From: Candidatus Woesebacteria bacterium
GTDB taxonomy: Bacteria > Patescibacteriota > Microgenomatia > UBA8517
Direction of reading: 5' to 3'
DNA length: 64,000 bases
Assembly (NCBI GenBank): GCA_013374855.1
Contig: CP055308.1
Coordinates: 337,833 to 401,832 of the forward strand
The notes under the pieces were generated by a model, which saw nothing but the letters and a program-made list of their open reading frames with translations, was not told the origin of the DNA and made no database searches. Positions 1-9,411 of the stretch are shown here, one piece after another. Each line of letters begins with the position of its first letter. Position 1 is the stretch's first letter. Both the position numbers and the translations under genes were made by a program.

Positions 1-833
1 ATGTAAGGGATTTGGTTTAATATTTTGGGCATACCAAACAGAATAATCTTAAGGTGTGAGGTAATATAAGACGGGTTGACTAAGCCTTTTTGGTACCAAG
101 GTTCATCAAATATATTTGGTATTAATGCATATCCTTTGTCTAGAATGGTTCCAAATCTTAAGTAATTATAGATGCTGTTGAAAAGAAAAAATGGTAGTAT
201 TCCTGATAATAATTTTAGAATATTTTTGGTGTTTTTTTCTTTTAGGTTAAAAATAAAAAAGGGAATTGAGATTATTGTGTGAACACGGCTTAGGTAGGCT
301 GATCCAACAAGAACACCTATTAAGAAGGAATTTTTATTCTCTAATAATTTTTCTATAGCAAGGAGAAGAAAAAGGCAGGCAGTGGTTTGGCCCAGATACC
401 AAGAGGAGCCGACAGAGGACATATACCAGATAATGCTTCCTGTTCCTATCATAAGGGAAGATAAAATGGCGAATTTTTGATCCCTCTTTATTTTCAGTGA
501 TATTCTATATATTGAGGTGGCTATTAAACCTCCAATTATGTGGGCTAGGAATTGTTGTTGGAAAAGATCGCCGAGAATTGCTCTAAATGGCAAAAGCAGT
601 ATTGCCGGCATTGGGGGGTGGACAATATAGAATCTTCCGTTATTTGGAATAAGTTCTGAAAACCATGGAGGGTTTTCCTCAATCCAATATTTTCCTTTCA
701 AAAAAGCATCAGCGAGGCGGGAGAAATAATCGTAGGGAGTTTTGCCTGTTGAGGTAAATGTGTAGAGAAGAAAATTGAACAAAAAAATTAGAAATTGAGA
801 AGTGCTTTTATTTTTTATTACCTTTTTGAACAT
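1..833 (-). CDS. Polytopic membrane protein, probable GT-C fold glycosyltransferase (partial, runs off the window start)
   Basis: Not in the ORF track. Hand translation from ATG at 833 gives MFKKVIKNKSTSQFLIFLFNFLLYTFTSTGKTPYDYFSRLADAFLKGKYW...FYIVHPPMPAILLLPF..., open to position 1, with many TM segments and a loop-1 D/HPP pattern typical of GT-C enzymes. Confidence 0.6.
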   Translation of the reverse strand, partial: MFKKVIKNKSTSQFLIFLFNFLLYTFTSTGKTPYDYFSRLADAFLKGKYWIEENPPWFSELIPNNGRFYIVHPPMPAILLLPFRAILGDLFQQQFLAHIIGGLIATSIYRISLKIKRDQKFAILSSLMIGTGSIIWYMSSVGSSWYLGQTTACLFLLLAIEKLLENKNSFLIGVLVGSAYLSRVHTIISIPFFIFNLKEKNTKNILKLLSGILPFFLFNSIYNYLRFGTILDKGYALIPNIFDEPWYQKGLVNPSYITSHLKIILFGMPKILNQIPY

Positions 834-891
834 ATTTTATGATATATCTTTTTTGGTTTATTTTGTTTTATAATAGCTTGATTTTTTTAGA

Positions 892-3321
892 ATGAAAAAG
901 GCTTTTTTTAAGTACAGATTGTTAATTTTATTTTTTTCTGCTTTATTTTTAAGATTAGTTCTTTCTTTTTTTGGAACTTATGAGGGAGATTTTTATACTT
1001 TTATTGGCTGGAGTTTTCGTTTGGTATCAAGACCGTTGCCTGATTTTTACAAAGAATGGTCTGATTATTTGCCTGGATATCTTTACATACTTTATATTCT
1101 TGGTCGGATAAGACAAACTTTTGCTTTTATTCCAAATGAGATTCTTTATAAGTTTCCTGCTATTTTTTCTGATTTACTTGCTGGTTTGTTGGTTTATAAG
1201 ATAGTTGCGGGTTTAAAGAATAAAACGATTGCTTTTTGGGTTTCTATTGCCTATCTTTTTAATCCTGCTGTTTTTGCTAACTCTACTCTTTGGGGGCAGG
1301 TAGACTCACTAACTGTTCTTTTTCCTTTGCTTTCACTTTATTTTTTTAACATTTCTTTGCCATTTTCTTCATTTTTTCTTGCTTTTGGTGCTTTAGTTAA
1401 AGTACAAGCAGCCTTAGCTTTTATTCCTATTATAATTTTGTTTTGGAGAAAAGGATTGGGTTTTTACAAGCTTGTTAATTATGGCACTATTTCTGTTCTT
1501 ACGATAACTATTCTATTCTTGCCGTTTTTACCTTTTGGCAAGGATCTGGTGGATTTGCCGTCCTTTATCTTAGAAAGGATTGGTGCAACACTTGGGCAGT
1601 ATCCCTATCTTTCGGTGAACGCTTTTAATTTTTGGGGCTTATCTGGTTTTTGGGAGCAGTATTCTGATTATTTTCCAAACATTTTTCCAATTTTCATTTT
1701 ATTATTTGTTTCTTTTCTTCCTTATTTTAGAGCAAGAAACAAGGAAGGTCTGGAATATGTTGTTTTATCTTTGGTTTTTGCTGTATCTTTTCTTTTTTTT
1801 CCAAGAATGCATGAGCGTCATATGCTTCCTCTTTTTGCTCCCCTTGCTATATCTTGTGCTTTTTACCCCTTACTGTGGATAGTTTATTCCTTTTATTCCT
1901 TTTTTTATTTACTTAACCTTCGTTACGCTTTTGTTTGGCTGACAGAAGAAAGAAAAGAGATATTTACCAAACTTGAGATTAATTTGATTATTGTTCTTCT
2001 TCTTGTCCTTTTTGTTTTTTGGCTTTGGGTTGTTTGGCAGGACAAGAGAGATAACTTTTTTAAGAATATTGCTAAGTATTTCGGAAGATTTAGGAAAAAT
2101 TTTTCTGAAGACTATAAATTTCCCAAGTTTAATATAAATTCTAAAAGGGCTAAGTTTTTTTTGATTTTGATCTTAGTTTTTGCCTTTTTCTCACGGGTTT
2201 ATCAGTTGGGAAGACCTCAGCGAGAGTATTTTGATGAGGTCTATCATGCTTTTACAGCTCGGCTTATGCTTAAAGGCGATCCTAAAGCATGGGAGTGGTG
2301 GAATCCACATCCGGAGGGTTTTGCCTATGAGTGGAGCCACCCCCCTTTAGCAAAGCTGGGGATGCAACTAGGTATGCTTGTTTTTGGAGAAAACGCCTTT
2401 GGCTGGAGGCTTCCAGCTGCTTTGCTTGGCACGTTGTCGGTTCTGTTGGTTTATCTTTTGGCAAAAGAAATTTTTAAAGATTATCTTGTTGGTTTATTTT
2501 CAGCTTTGGTGTTCTCTCTTGATGGGCTTTTTTTGGTGGCGAGCAGGATTGGGATGAATGATATTTATGTTCTGTTTTTTTCTTTGCTTTCTATATATCT
2601 TTTTATTAAAGATAAATATTTCTTTTCTGCTTTGGCTTTGGGTCTTGCGTTTTCTTCTAAGTGGAGTGCTTTATGGGTTTTACCTATTCTTGTTTCTTCA
2701 TTCTTTGTCTTCAAAAAGAGGGTGGCTCTTCCTTATCTTTGGTTTTTGGTTCTACCACCTCTTGTCTATGTTTCAAGTTATACTCAAATGTTTTTGACTG
2801 GACATTCTTTTGATATTTTTTGGGGAGTGCAAAAACAAATGTGGTGGTATCATACAGGACTAGAGGCAACTCATCCTTACACCTCACCTTGGTGGAGCTG
2901 GCCGTTTTTGTTACGACCTGTTTGGCTTTACACGAATTCTTTTCCTGACGGAAAAGTGGCAAATATTTACTTTTTAGGCAATCCTGTTGTTTTTTGGTTT
3001 GGTGTTTTAGCTGTGTTTTATTCTCTTTATCTTTCATGGAAAAATAGATTTAAAAAACTTGCTTGGGTTATTTTTTCTTATTTTGTTTTCTTTGTTCCAT
3101 GGGCAGTTGCTCCTCGCATTATGTTTTTGTATCATTATCTTCCTAGCGTTCCTTTTATGAGTATGGTTTTGGGTTTTGTTTTAAGAAGAGATTTTGATAA
3201 GGCTTTGATATTTTTTACAATTGCCGCTTTTGTCTTTGCTTATTTTTACCCCCATCTTACAGGTATTCCCATAACAAAAGCTCTCGATATTTCTTACTAC
3301 TGGTTTGATAGCTGGCGTTAG
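892..3321 (+). CDS. Fusion of two GT-C modules: N-terminal GT87/ALG-like glycosyltransferase plus C-terminal protein O-mannosyltransferase (PMT/GT39-like)
   Basis: N-half motifs: SDYLPGYLY, FNPA..NS.LWGQVDS, RMHERH. C-half motifs: YFDEVYH, HPPLAK, GWRLPAAL, HPYTSPWWSWP, MFLYHYLP (PMT hallmarks). Confidence 0.8.
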   Translation: MKKAFFKYRLLILFFSALFLRLVLSFFGTYEGDFYTFIGWSFRLVSRPLPDFYKEWSDYLPGYLYILYILGRIRQTFAFIPNEILYKFPAIFSDLLAGLLVYKIVAGLKNKTIAFWVSIAYLFNPAVFANSTLWGQVDSLTVLFPLLSLYFFNISLPFSSFFLAFGALVKVQAALAFIPIIILFWRKGLGFYKLVNYGTISVLTITILFLPFLPFGKDLVDLPSFILERIGATLGQYPYLSVNAFNFWGLSGFWEQYSDYFPNIFPIFILLFVSFLPYFRARNKEGLEYVVLSLVFAVSFLFFPRMHERHMLPLFAPLAISCAFYPLLWIVYSFYSFFYLLNLRYAFVWLTEERKEIFTKLEINLIIVLLLVLFVFWLWVVWQDKRDNFFKNIAKYFGRFRKNFSEDYKFPKFNINSKRAKFFLILILVFAFFSRVYQLGRPQREYFDEVYHAFTARLMLKGDPKAWEWWNPHPEGFAYEWSHPPLAKLGMQLGMLVFGENAFGWRLPAALLGTLSVLLVYLLAKEIFKDYLVGLFSALVFSLDGLFLVASRIGMNDIYVLFFSLLSIYLFIKDKYFFSALALGLAFSSKWSALWVLPILVSSFFVFKKRVALPYLWFLVLPPLVYVSSYTQMFLTGHSFDIFWGVQKQMWWYHTGLEATHPYTSPWWSWPFLLRPVWLYTNSFPDGKVANIYFLGNPVVFWFGVLAVFYSLYLSWKNRFKKLAWVIFSYFVFFVPWAVAPRIMFLYHYLPSVPFMSMVLGFVLRRDFDKALIFFTIAAFVFAYFYPHLTGIPITKALDISYYWFDSWR

Positions 3322-3324
3322 TGC

Positions 3325-5190
3325 TTACAGAATTAGGGCAAGAGATATTATTATTAATAGAATACTTATCGTCATTCCCATCATTGTTGGTGTGGAGATA
3401 CCAGCATCTGGTAGAGGTTCATCTTCAGGGGTTGGAGTAGGTATAAAAGTTGGTCTTGGTGTAGAGGTTGCTGTGGATCTTGGTCTGGGTGTAGGTGTTT
3501 CTTCCTCAGGTGTAGGTGTTGGTGAAGGTCTGGGTGTAGGTGTTTCTTCCTCAGGTGTAGGTGTTGGTGAAGGTGTTGCCTGTTCCAAATCGAAGTACAG
3601 CGGTGTACATGCATCCTCCGATGTCTCACATGGGAAAAACTTTATTTCCGTTCCTGTCCAAAACACTTCGGAATTGTTTACTAATATTCCATGATCCCAT
3701 TGGTAGAAACCGCAGATGTTATTTATTATGGAAAATGTTGCTGTTTTGGTTTCTCCCGGTCCTAATGTAATTGTTTCCTGACTAGTGAAATATGGAGGAT
3801 TGTTTCCGTAAGAAACCAGAGTTTGCGAGTCGGTACAAGTTTTTATGTTTTTTTCTTTGTAGTAGTTACAGCTTAAAGCACCAGCGCCTTTTTCGGTTGC
3901 CAATCTTTCCTGCCCTCCTGATGGATCATGTGGTGGTACGGCTGGGTTGTCAAAGCAGTGATTTGCATTCCAAAAGATTTTTCCGTTGTGGACTATTGCT
4001 CTCCTTCTATATTCCTTTCCACCCCGCCATATGCTTGTATAATACCAATTTCCTACTATGTATCCATCTACCTGCCCTTGGATATCCCCTTCGCCCGGGA
4101 GAGAGGATAATTCTGCAGGTCCTTTCCATGTGGTATCGCTATCCCATTTTGGGGCTCCATTTTCTATTGGTATCTGTCTTGAATAACCATTGTTATTACG
4201 CCAAAAAACTTGGCCAATGTGAGGCTGGTTTTGGTTAAATGTGACGTATTGATGTAAACTCTGGAATCTACCGTTGCCGGGATATTTACTTATGTCTATC
4301 TCTTCCCATCTGAACTTATTTCCTTCCCAAGGCACGTCTGGTGTGTTTATAGGCATTACTCTTCTATAAGCTTTTGTTATATTGTTTGTTTCTCTCCATA
4401 TTTCTTCATAGATTGTGGAGTTAAATTCGAATATTGCTTCGGCTATTACGTCTCCTGTGCCAGGGTAGTTGCTTGTATTAATCTCTTTCCATTCACTCCA
4501 CTTTATATCAACTTGTTCATCCCCTCTCGAGGTACTATCAACAATAATACCACTCCTTTTGTAGTTTTTATTTCCTATCCACATTGATTCCCAAATTGTT
4601 CTTGTCTTTTCAACCCTAAAGCTTGATCCTGCACTTGGCACCCCATTGGCAGGCAGTTCTATGTTTTGCGGGCCACTCCATTCTGATTGTACTCCCTCGT
4701 AAAAAATCTGAGTAAACTTTCGATAAGCCTCTTCCAAGTTTCCACCACCTTGTGTTCGGATAAATTCATTTATATCCTCCGGATAGTAGAGGTCTGTACA
4801 TTTTCCTACAGGTAATCCAATGGTGTACATCTTATAGGGGAAGGCTAGTAGTCTCAGTGTTAAGTTTTGATTCGTTTTGTTTGTAATAGTGTATTTTTGT
4901 GTTAGCACTCCACCTGTTACTGGTCTTGCATCTGTTTGCCCGCCAGGCTTAAAGTAAGTATGAGACTCATAATTTCCCGGTCCTGTGTCAACAACAGTAA
5001 CCTTTAGTTTTTGGCTTTCAAGTATTGTGCCTGATGGTGCTGCTTCACTTTTTTCTGGTGTTGTAGGGGCAACAGGCTTTTGCCTTAGTTTGTACAATCT
5101 GATAGATATAAAAATTCCCAACCCAGAAAGGATTAACAACAGAAAACTTAATATTATTAGTTTAATTTTCTTTTTTTTCGTGTTTTCCAT
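3325..5190 (-). CDS. Surface protein: N-terminal TM, internal Trp-rich repeats, Pro/Thr linker, C-terminal LPDAG sorting signal
   Basis: 621 aa; KKKK plus hydrophobic helix at the N-terminus; PT repeats; ends EPLPDAGISTPT plus hydrophobic helix. Confidence 0.75.
   Translation of the reverse strand: MENTKKKKIKLIILSFLLLILSGLGIFISIRLYKLRQKPVAPTTPEKSEAAPSGTILESQKLKVTVVDTGPGNYESHTYFKPGGQTDARPVTGGVLTQKYTITNKTNQNLTLRLLAFPYKMYTIGLPVGKCTDLYYPEDINEFIRTQGGGNLEEAYRKFTQIFYEGVQSEWSGPQNIELPANGVPSAGSSFRVEKTRTIWESMWIGNKNYKRSGIIVDSTSRGDEQVDIKWSEWKEINTSNYPGTGDVIAEAIFEFNSTIYEEIWRETNNITKAYRRVMPINTPDVPWEGNKFRWEEIDISKYPGNGRFQSLHQYVTFNQNQPHIGQVFWRNNNGYSRQIPIENGAPKWDSDTTWKGPAELSSLPGEGDIQGQVDGYIVGNWYYTSIWRGGKEYRRRAIVHNGKIFWNANHCFDNPAVPPHDPSGGQERLATEKGAGALSCNYYKEKNIKTCTDSQTLVSYGNNPPYFTSQETITLGPGETKTATFSIINNICGFYQWDHGILVNNSEVFWTGTEIKFFPCETSEDACTPLYFDLEQATPSPTPTPEEETPTPRPSPTPTPEEETPTPRPRSTATSTPRPTFIPTPTPEDEPLPDAGISTPTMMGMTISILLIIISLALIL
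3482..3574. repeat. 45-bp tandem repeat, 2 exact copies, encoding PSPTPTPEEETPTPR
   Basis: Unit ggtctgggtgtaggtgtttcttcctcaggtgtaggtgttggtgaa at 3482-3526 and 3527-3571. Confidence 0.95.
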
Positions 5191-5197
5191 TTTTTAA

Positions 5198-6394
5198 TTA
5201 ATTAATGTCTCCTATCCACCCTATGCCCTCGTGGTAGATAGCCGCTTTTACAGTAAAGTTGACCACACCTTCTGGTATTTTGTATTGATAATAAATTTCC
5301 TTCTCTTCTGGATTATCTGTTGGTTTTTCTTTTGAGGCATCGACTTCTACAGGATTTTCGTTATTGACTTTAAACTTTGCCTTTTTAAACATGTTTGGGT
5401 TTTTTGACTTTCCTGTTATTGTAAAGTAAACTGTATCACCCGGTTTCAGTTTTGATAAGGTTTCACTATTAAGTAATCTCCAATTATTATTTTCCATTTG
5501 ATAGGCTTTTACATCCAGACATTCGACACTACTATCTTGCTTCTCGCTTGATATTGTTCTTACAACACAGGCAGGCATAGGAACTGATATTGGTTGCCCT
5601 TCCTTTTGAAAGTATGCTGTTATAGAAAGGTTTGAGACTACCTTGCCTGTTAGCTCGTCTTTGACGAACAGTTCCTCGTAACGTAGTGTTCTTTTACCTT
5701 CAGTTCTGGGTTCTTTATTTGGGTCCTCAAAAATTAAAAGATGGCTTCCTGGCGGACATATGTCTTGAGCTGTTGTTATGTCTCCTCCATCTTTTACACA
5801 AACAGGTTTTGGGTTGTTTTCAGGTGGAGGATCGTATAGGTTATCCATGTTGTATACTGCATACATAAAATAGTTTGCAGGTTCTTTAGATGTAGAAGTT
5901 ATGGTGATAGTTTCACCGGGTTTTAATGTTTTCTTGTTGACGTTAGCACTTTGACAGAGATCTGGCCTTTGTGGTGAGGGTGTTGTTTGTGGTGTATTGG
6001 GCTTTCCACGGCAACATCCCTGACACATACCCTTTTTCTTGCATGTACCGTCATCGTTGCATAGTCTGTCTATTATTTCATCACATTTGTCTGTAGCTGC
6101 CTTTTCTCTTATGTTTTGAGATTGTTGGCTAAGATAAACCCCGGTTCCTAATCCTCCGATCATAAGAAGCAATCCAAGTATTGTAGCTATTATTTTTCTT
6201 TTTCTTGTAGATTTTTTCTTGCTAGTAGTGAATGAAATAGTGTTTGGAACTTGATAATTATCTGTACTTGGATTTTGGGGTGCGTTTGGGTTTTCCTTAT
6301 CTTGCAAAGGTGGTATATCAACAAGTGGATCATTATTGACGGGAGCTTGTGGGCTATTATTAACATTTAAATGATTTACTTTATTTTGATCCAT
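5198..6394 (-). CDS. Exported protein with disordered N-tail, TM-QNIREKA motif, Cys-rich segment and beta-rich domains
   Basis: 398 aa; RKRKIIATILGLLLMIGGLGTGVYLSQQSQNIREKAAT followed by C-rich CDEIIDRLC...CQGCC. Confidence 0.7.
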   Translation of the reverse strand: MDQNKVNHLNVNNSPQAPVNNDPLVDIPPLQDKENPNAPQNPSTDNYQVPNTISFTTSKKKSTRKRKIIATILGLLLMIGGLGTGVYLSQQSQNIREKAATDKCDEIIDRLCNDDGTCKKKGMCQGCCRGKPNTPQTTPSPQRPDLCQSANVNKKTLKPGETITITSTSKEPANYFMYAVYNMDNLYDPPPENNPKPVCVKDGGDITTAQDICPPGSHLLIFEDPNKEPRTEGKRTLRYEELFVKDELTGKVVSNLSITAYFQKEGQPISVPMPACVVRTISSEKQDSSVECLDVKAYQMENNNWRLLNSETLSKLKPGDTVYFTITGKSKNPNMFKKAKFKVNNENPVEVDASKEKPTDNPEEKEIYYQYKIPEGVVNFTVKAAIYHEGIGWIGDIN

Positions 6395-6441
6395 ATATTT
6401 ATATTCCTACTTAATTTTTATTTTTGCAAGAGCTCTTTTGC

Positions 6442-7290
6442 TCAAAACACTATTGAAAAAAACGAGATTAGTATTAGCAGAATTCCTGTTGTTATACCTA
6501 AAAATGTGGGTGTGCTAACACCGGATTCTGGCTGTGGAAGGGGAGATGGTGTGGGTGTTTTTATGTTTATTTGTGTTTGGCTTGTTGGAAAGGGAGTGGT
6601 TGTTTTCTCTGGTTCTGTTGTATTTACCGGAGTTTTGTTACTTGGGGTGGGTGTTGTGGGCGTTTCTGTAGGTTGACTTGATTCTACTTTGTAATTTCCT
6701 GTGCTTGATGGTGTAAGGAGAATATCTTCTCCTGTTGTTTTGTTGGTTGCTTTTGTAGTAGTGGGCTCAAATACTAGAGTGATTGATCCTGGGTTATAGC
6801 CTTTGAAAGTAATAGTGGCAAGAATTTCTTCACCCGATGTCTTATATCCGGTGGTTGAGCTGTTTAGCCCACCAATACGGATTTCTGCTAAACCATCTGA
6901 AGCATCGTAGGTCTTTATTGGAAAGTTCCAACCCCCGTTAACTAAAAGGTTAGAATTAATTTGGATATTTTCTGCTTTTATTGGAGGTTCAGGGGAACTG
7001 TATTGATATGTTAGATTTATTGTAAGGGCTGATATGTAATTACCCGCAGTATCAATGAGTATATTTACATCGAAATTTTCATCCTTTTTGATAGTTTTAG
7101 TCTCTGGTGAAAGAAATACTCTCACTGTGCCTGTTGGCGTGGCGGCTTTTTCTCTTATTTCTTGATTCTTTTTGACCAAAATTATACCTATCGCTGTTCC
7201 GACCACAAGCGAAAGTATACCGAGAGTTATTAGTGCTATTTTTCCTCTTTTTCTGTTTTTTCTTTGGGTGATTATCTTATCTTCTTCCAT
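6442..7290 (-). CDS. Cohesin-domain surface protein with C-terminal QPESG sorting signal (mini-scaffoldin candidate)
   Basis: Likely start ATG 7290 (MEEDK). TM-QEIREKA, then VFLSPETKTIKKDENFDVNILIDTAGNYISALTINLTY...ILATITFKG (cohesin-like), PT linker, QPESGVSTPT plus TM. Confidence 0.7.
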   Translation of the reverse strand: MEEDKIITQRKNRKRGKIALITLGILSLVVGTAIGIILVKKNQEIREKAATPTGTVRVFLSPETKTIKKDENFDVNILIDTAGNYISALTINLTYQYSSPEPPIKAENIQINSNLLVNGGWNFPIKTYDASDGLAEIRIGGLNSSTTGYKTSGEEILATITFKGYNPGSITLVFEPTTTKATNKTTGEDILLTPSSTGNYKVESSQPTETPTTPTPSNKTPVNTTEPEKTTTPFPTSQTQINIKTPTPSPLPQPESGVSTPTFLGITTGILLILISFFSIVF

Positions 7291-7297
7291 CGTAAAT

Positions 7298-7861
7298 TTA
7301 TTTGCCAACAATGAAATTCAGTTCTTTTCCGGAGTTATCTATAATTTTAGTTTCTTCACTTACGGCTATATTTTCCTTTTCAAATTCTTTACCAATATCT
7401 ATTGTTGCTAAAATCACTTCTTGATTGTTTCCAATTGTTAGTTTTTCTCCAATTATTACCCCTCCTAACTTGAAAATAGTTTTGTTTTCTTTGATCTCTA
7501 CATTTTTGATAGGAAATATGAAGCCATTTTTTGCAAGTTCGCTTTGGATTGATTGGTTGGTTAGGTTATATAAAGGTTCATCTAATATTACCTCCATAGT
7601 GAAAGCTCTAATATACTCTTCTTTTTCTCTAATGTTTTCGATAGAAATTATTATTTTTGTTTTTTCGGTCATTTTTGTCCTAAGTTTTAGTGGGGGTTCT
7701 TCTTGCGGAGGTGTATATATTTCTTCAATTTGTGTGTTAATGTTTTGCTCTTTTGGATACTCTTTTGATAAATATTTTGCTATGACACCAAACAAAGCAA
7801 CTATAAATATGGCCAGAGAAAAAGCAAGTGTTATATTCAAAGTTTTATTTCTGTTTTCCAT
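7298..7861 (-). CDS. Membrane-anchored protein with degenerate cohesin-like domain
   Basis: 187 aa; N-terminal TM; GFIFPIKN...FKLGGV...VILATI aligns by eye with GWNFPIKT...IRIGGL...EILATI of the neighbour. Confidence 0.55.
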   Translation of the reverse strand: MENRNKTLNITLAFSLAIFIVALFGVIAKYLSKEYPKEQNINTQIEEIYTPPQEEPPLKLRTKMTEKTKIIISIENIREKEEYIRAFTMEVILDEPLYNLTNQSIQSELAKNGFIFPIKNVEIKENKTIFKLGGVIIGEKLTIGNNQEVILATIDIGKEFEKENIAVSEETKIIDNSGKELNFIVGK

Positions 7862-7866
7862 TTGTG

Positions 7867-9411
7867 TTAGTCTCCTTTAATGATAAATGATGACCAGTTT
7901 AAAGCAACAAGTGCTAAATCATCAATTGTGATATAACCATCTTTAGTTATGTCAGCCCCAATCATATTTTTATCTGATGCATTTACTTTTATTTTGAAGT
8001 CTGTATAGTATTTCAGTACGAGAGATATATCCTCTATGCTTATAATGTTGTCGTTGTTAGCATCTCCTGCTTTTAGTTCATCTTTGATGTCTGTGCTTTT
8101 GTCTATTATTGTATTGTTATTGCTTATTTGTACGTTGGCGAATTTTTTTCTAAGATGAGATACTCCTTTTATGTAAAGATTATAAGTACCGGCGGGGATA
8201 TTGTTTCCTTGTTCATCAGTTGAGAAATTAATTGTCCAGATTCCGTTTTCATCAACAGAAACGGGTGCTTGCCCGATCTTGTGAGTTTTCTCTTCGTTTG
8301 TAAGGGTGATGTAAGTATCTAATTGAGAGGGAATGTTTGATTTAATTTTTGTTGTAATCCCTTGTTGTCTGAAGAGAATTTTTATGTTTTCTGTGGGACT
8401 GCTTTTTGGGGAAACTGCTATTATCAGAGCATAATCATTAAAGTCGCATTCTGCTTTTTTAGCATAATCCCCCCAGCATTGTTGGGAGATAATTATTCCT
8501 CCCGAGCTTTGTGTCGTCTTGATTAAAGATGATACATCCTTTTCTTTGCACTTATTGTTTTCTGGTTTTATCCATCCTTCGAAGGGGTAAGGCCCACTAT
8601 CACTGCCAACGTCTTCTCCATAAATACAAAGTTTATCCCCGTTTTTGACTTGGACCCCCGTTACTATTACTTGATCCGTTTTTGTGTCTTTTGTGTCTAT
8701 CAATTTGTCATATTCGGTTAAACTGCAAGTTTGGCTGTTTTTCTTTAGGGCAATTTTGGGTGGGGTAGATTCTAAAAAGCTGGCAAAGGAAAGCAGGACT
8801 TCTCCATCGTTTTTTATGTCTAAAACTGTTGGATTTGGATTTTTATCGCAAGAGTTTTCACCTCCACCGCCTGATGATGTAGTACAAGTACATTTTGGTT
8901 TTCCATCGCTACCGCTTTGGTTTAAGGCAATGCATTTCTTACCACTTCCACAAGAATCTCCAGGATTTTTCCCTTGACATTTTGCAGCCGAAGCACTGCT
9001 GCATCCTGCTTGTGTTCCTCCACCACCTCCACCCCCGCCGCTACCTTGAGCCTGGATACATTTTCCATCTTGATATAAAGGTTTATCAGTGGGACAACAT
9101 GTTGTCAGACGTCCGCTTGTGGACATTATGCAATATATTGCTTCTGGTAAAGATTTGGGTAAATTGCAATCAGTGGCTGGGCAATAAGGATAGTCGCAGG
9201 CCGAGTGTTTGATGCATCTTTCTTGATTGCACATGTAACCTTTGGGGCAGCCAGCTCCAATTCCACAAAGACCTCTGTTGCCAGAATCACAGATCATCTC
9301 TGCCTTTTCTCTTATGTCTTGAGATTGTTGTGTTAGGACTATTCCAGATGTTGCTCCAATGAGCAGTAGGAGGGTGAAGAGGATTTTAATTATCTCTTTT
9401 TTTGTAATCAT
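7867..9411 (-). CDS. Cys-rich exported protein with C-terminal dockerin-like domain
   Basis: 514 aa; TM-QDIREKA; Cys-rich modules with poly-Gly linkers; C-terminal GDANNDNIISIEDISLV...ADITKDGYITIDDLALV (duplicated Ca-binding loop plus helix). Confidence 0.75.
   Translation of the reverse strand: MITKKEIIKILFTLLLLIGATSGIVLTQQSQDIREKAEMICDSGNRGLCGIGAGCPKGYMCNQERCIKHSACDYPYCPATDCNLPKSLPEAIYCIMSTSGRLTTCCPTDKPLYQDGKCIQAQGSGGGGGGGGTQAGCSSASAAKCQGKNPGDSCGSGKKCIALNQSGSDGKPKCTCTTSSGGGGENSCDKNPNPTVLDIKNDGEVLLSFASFLESTPPKIALKKNSQTCSLTEYDKLIDTKDTKTDQVIVTGVQVKNGDKLCIYGEDVGSDSGPYPFEGWIKPENNKCKEKDVSSLIKTTQSSGGIIISQQCWGDYAKKAECDFNDYALIIAVSPKSSPTENIKILFRQQGITTKIKSNIPSQLDTYITLTNEEKTHKIGQAPVSVDENGIWTINFSTDEQGNNIPAGTYNLYIKGVSHLRKKFANVQISNNNTIIDKSTDIKDELKAGDANNDNIISIEDISLVLKYYTDFKIKVNASDKNMIGADITKDGYITIDDLALVALNWSSFIIKGD

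Noticed and set aside
3482-3574. Tandem repeat as a CRISPR array
   Set aside because: No spacers, in-frame coding, no cas genes.
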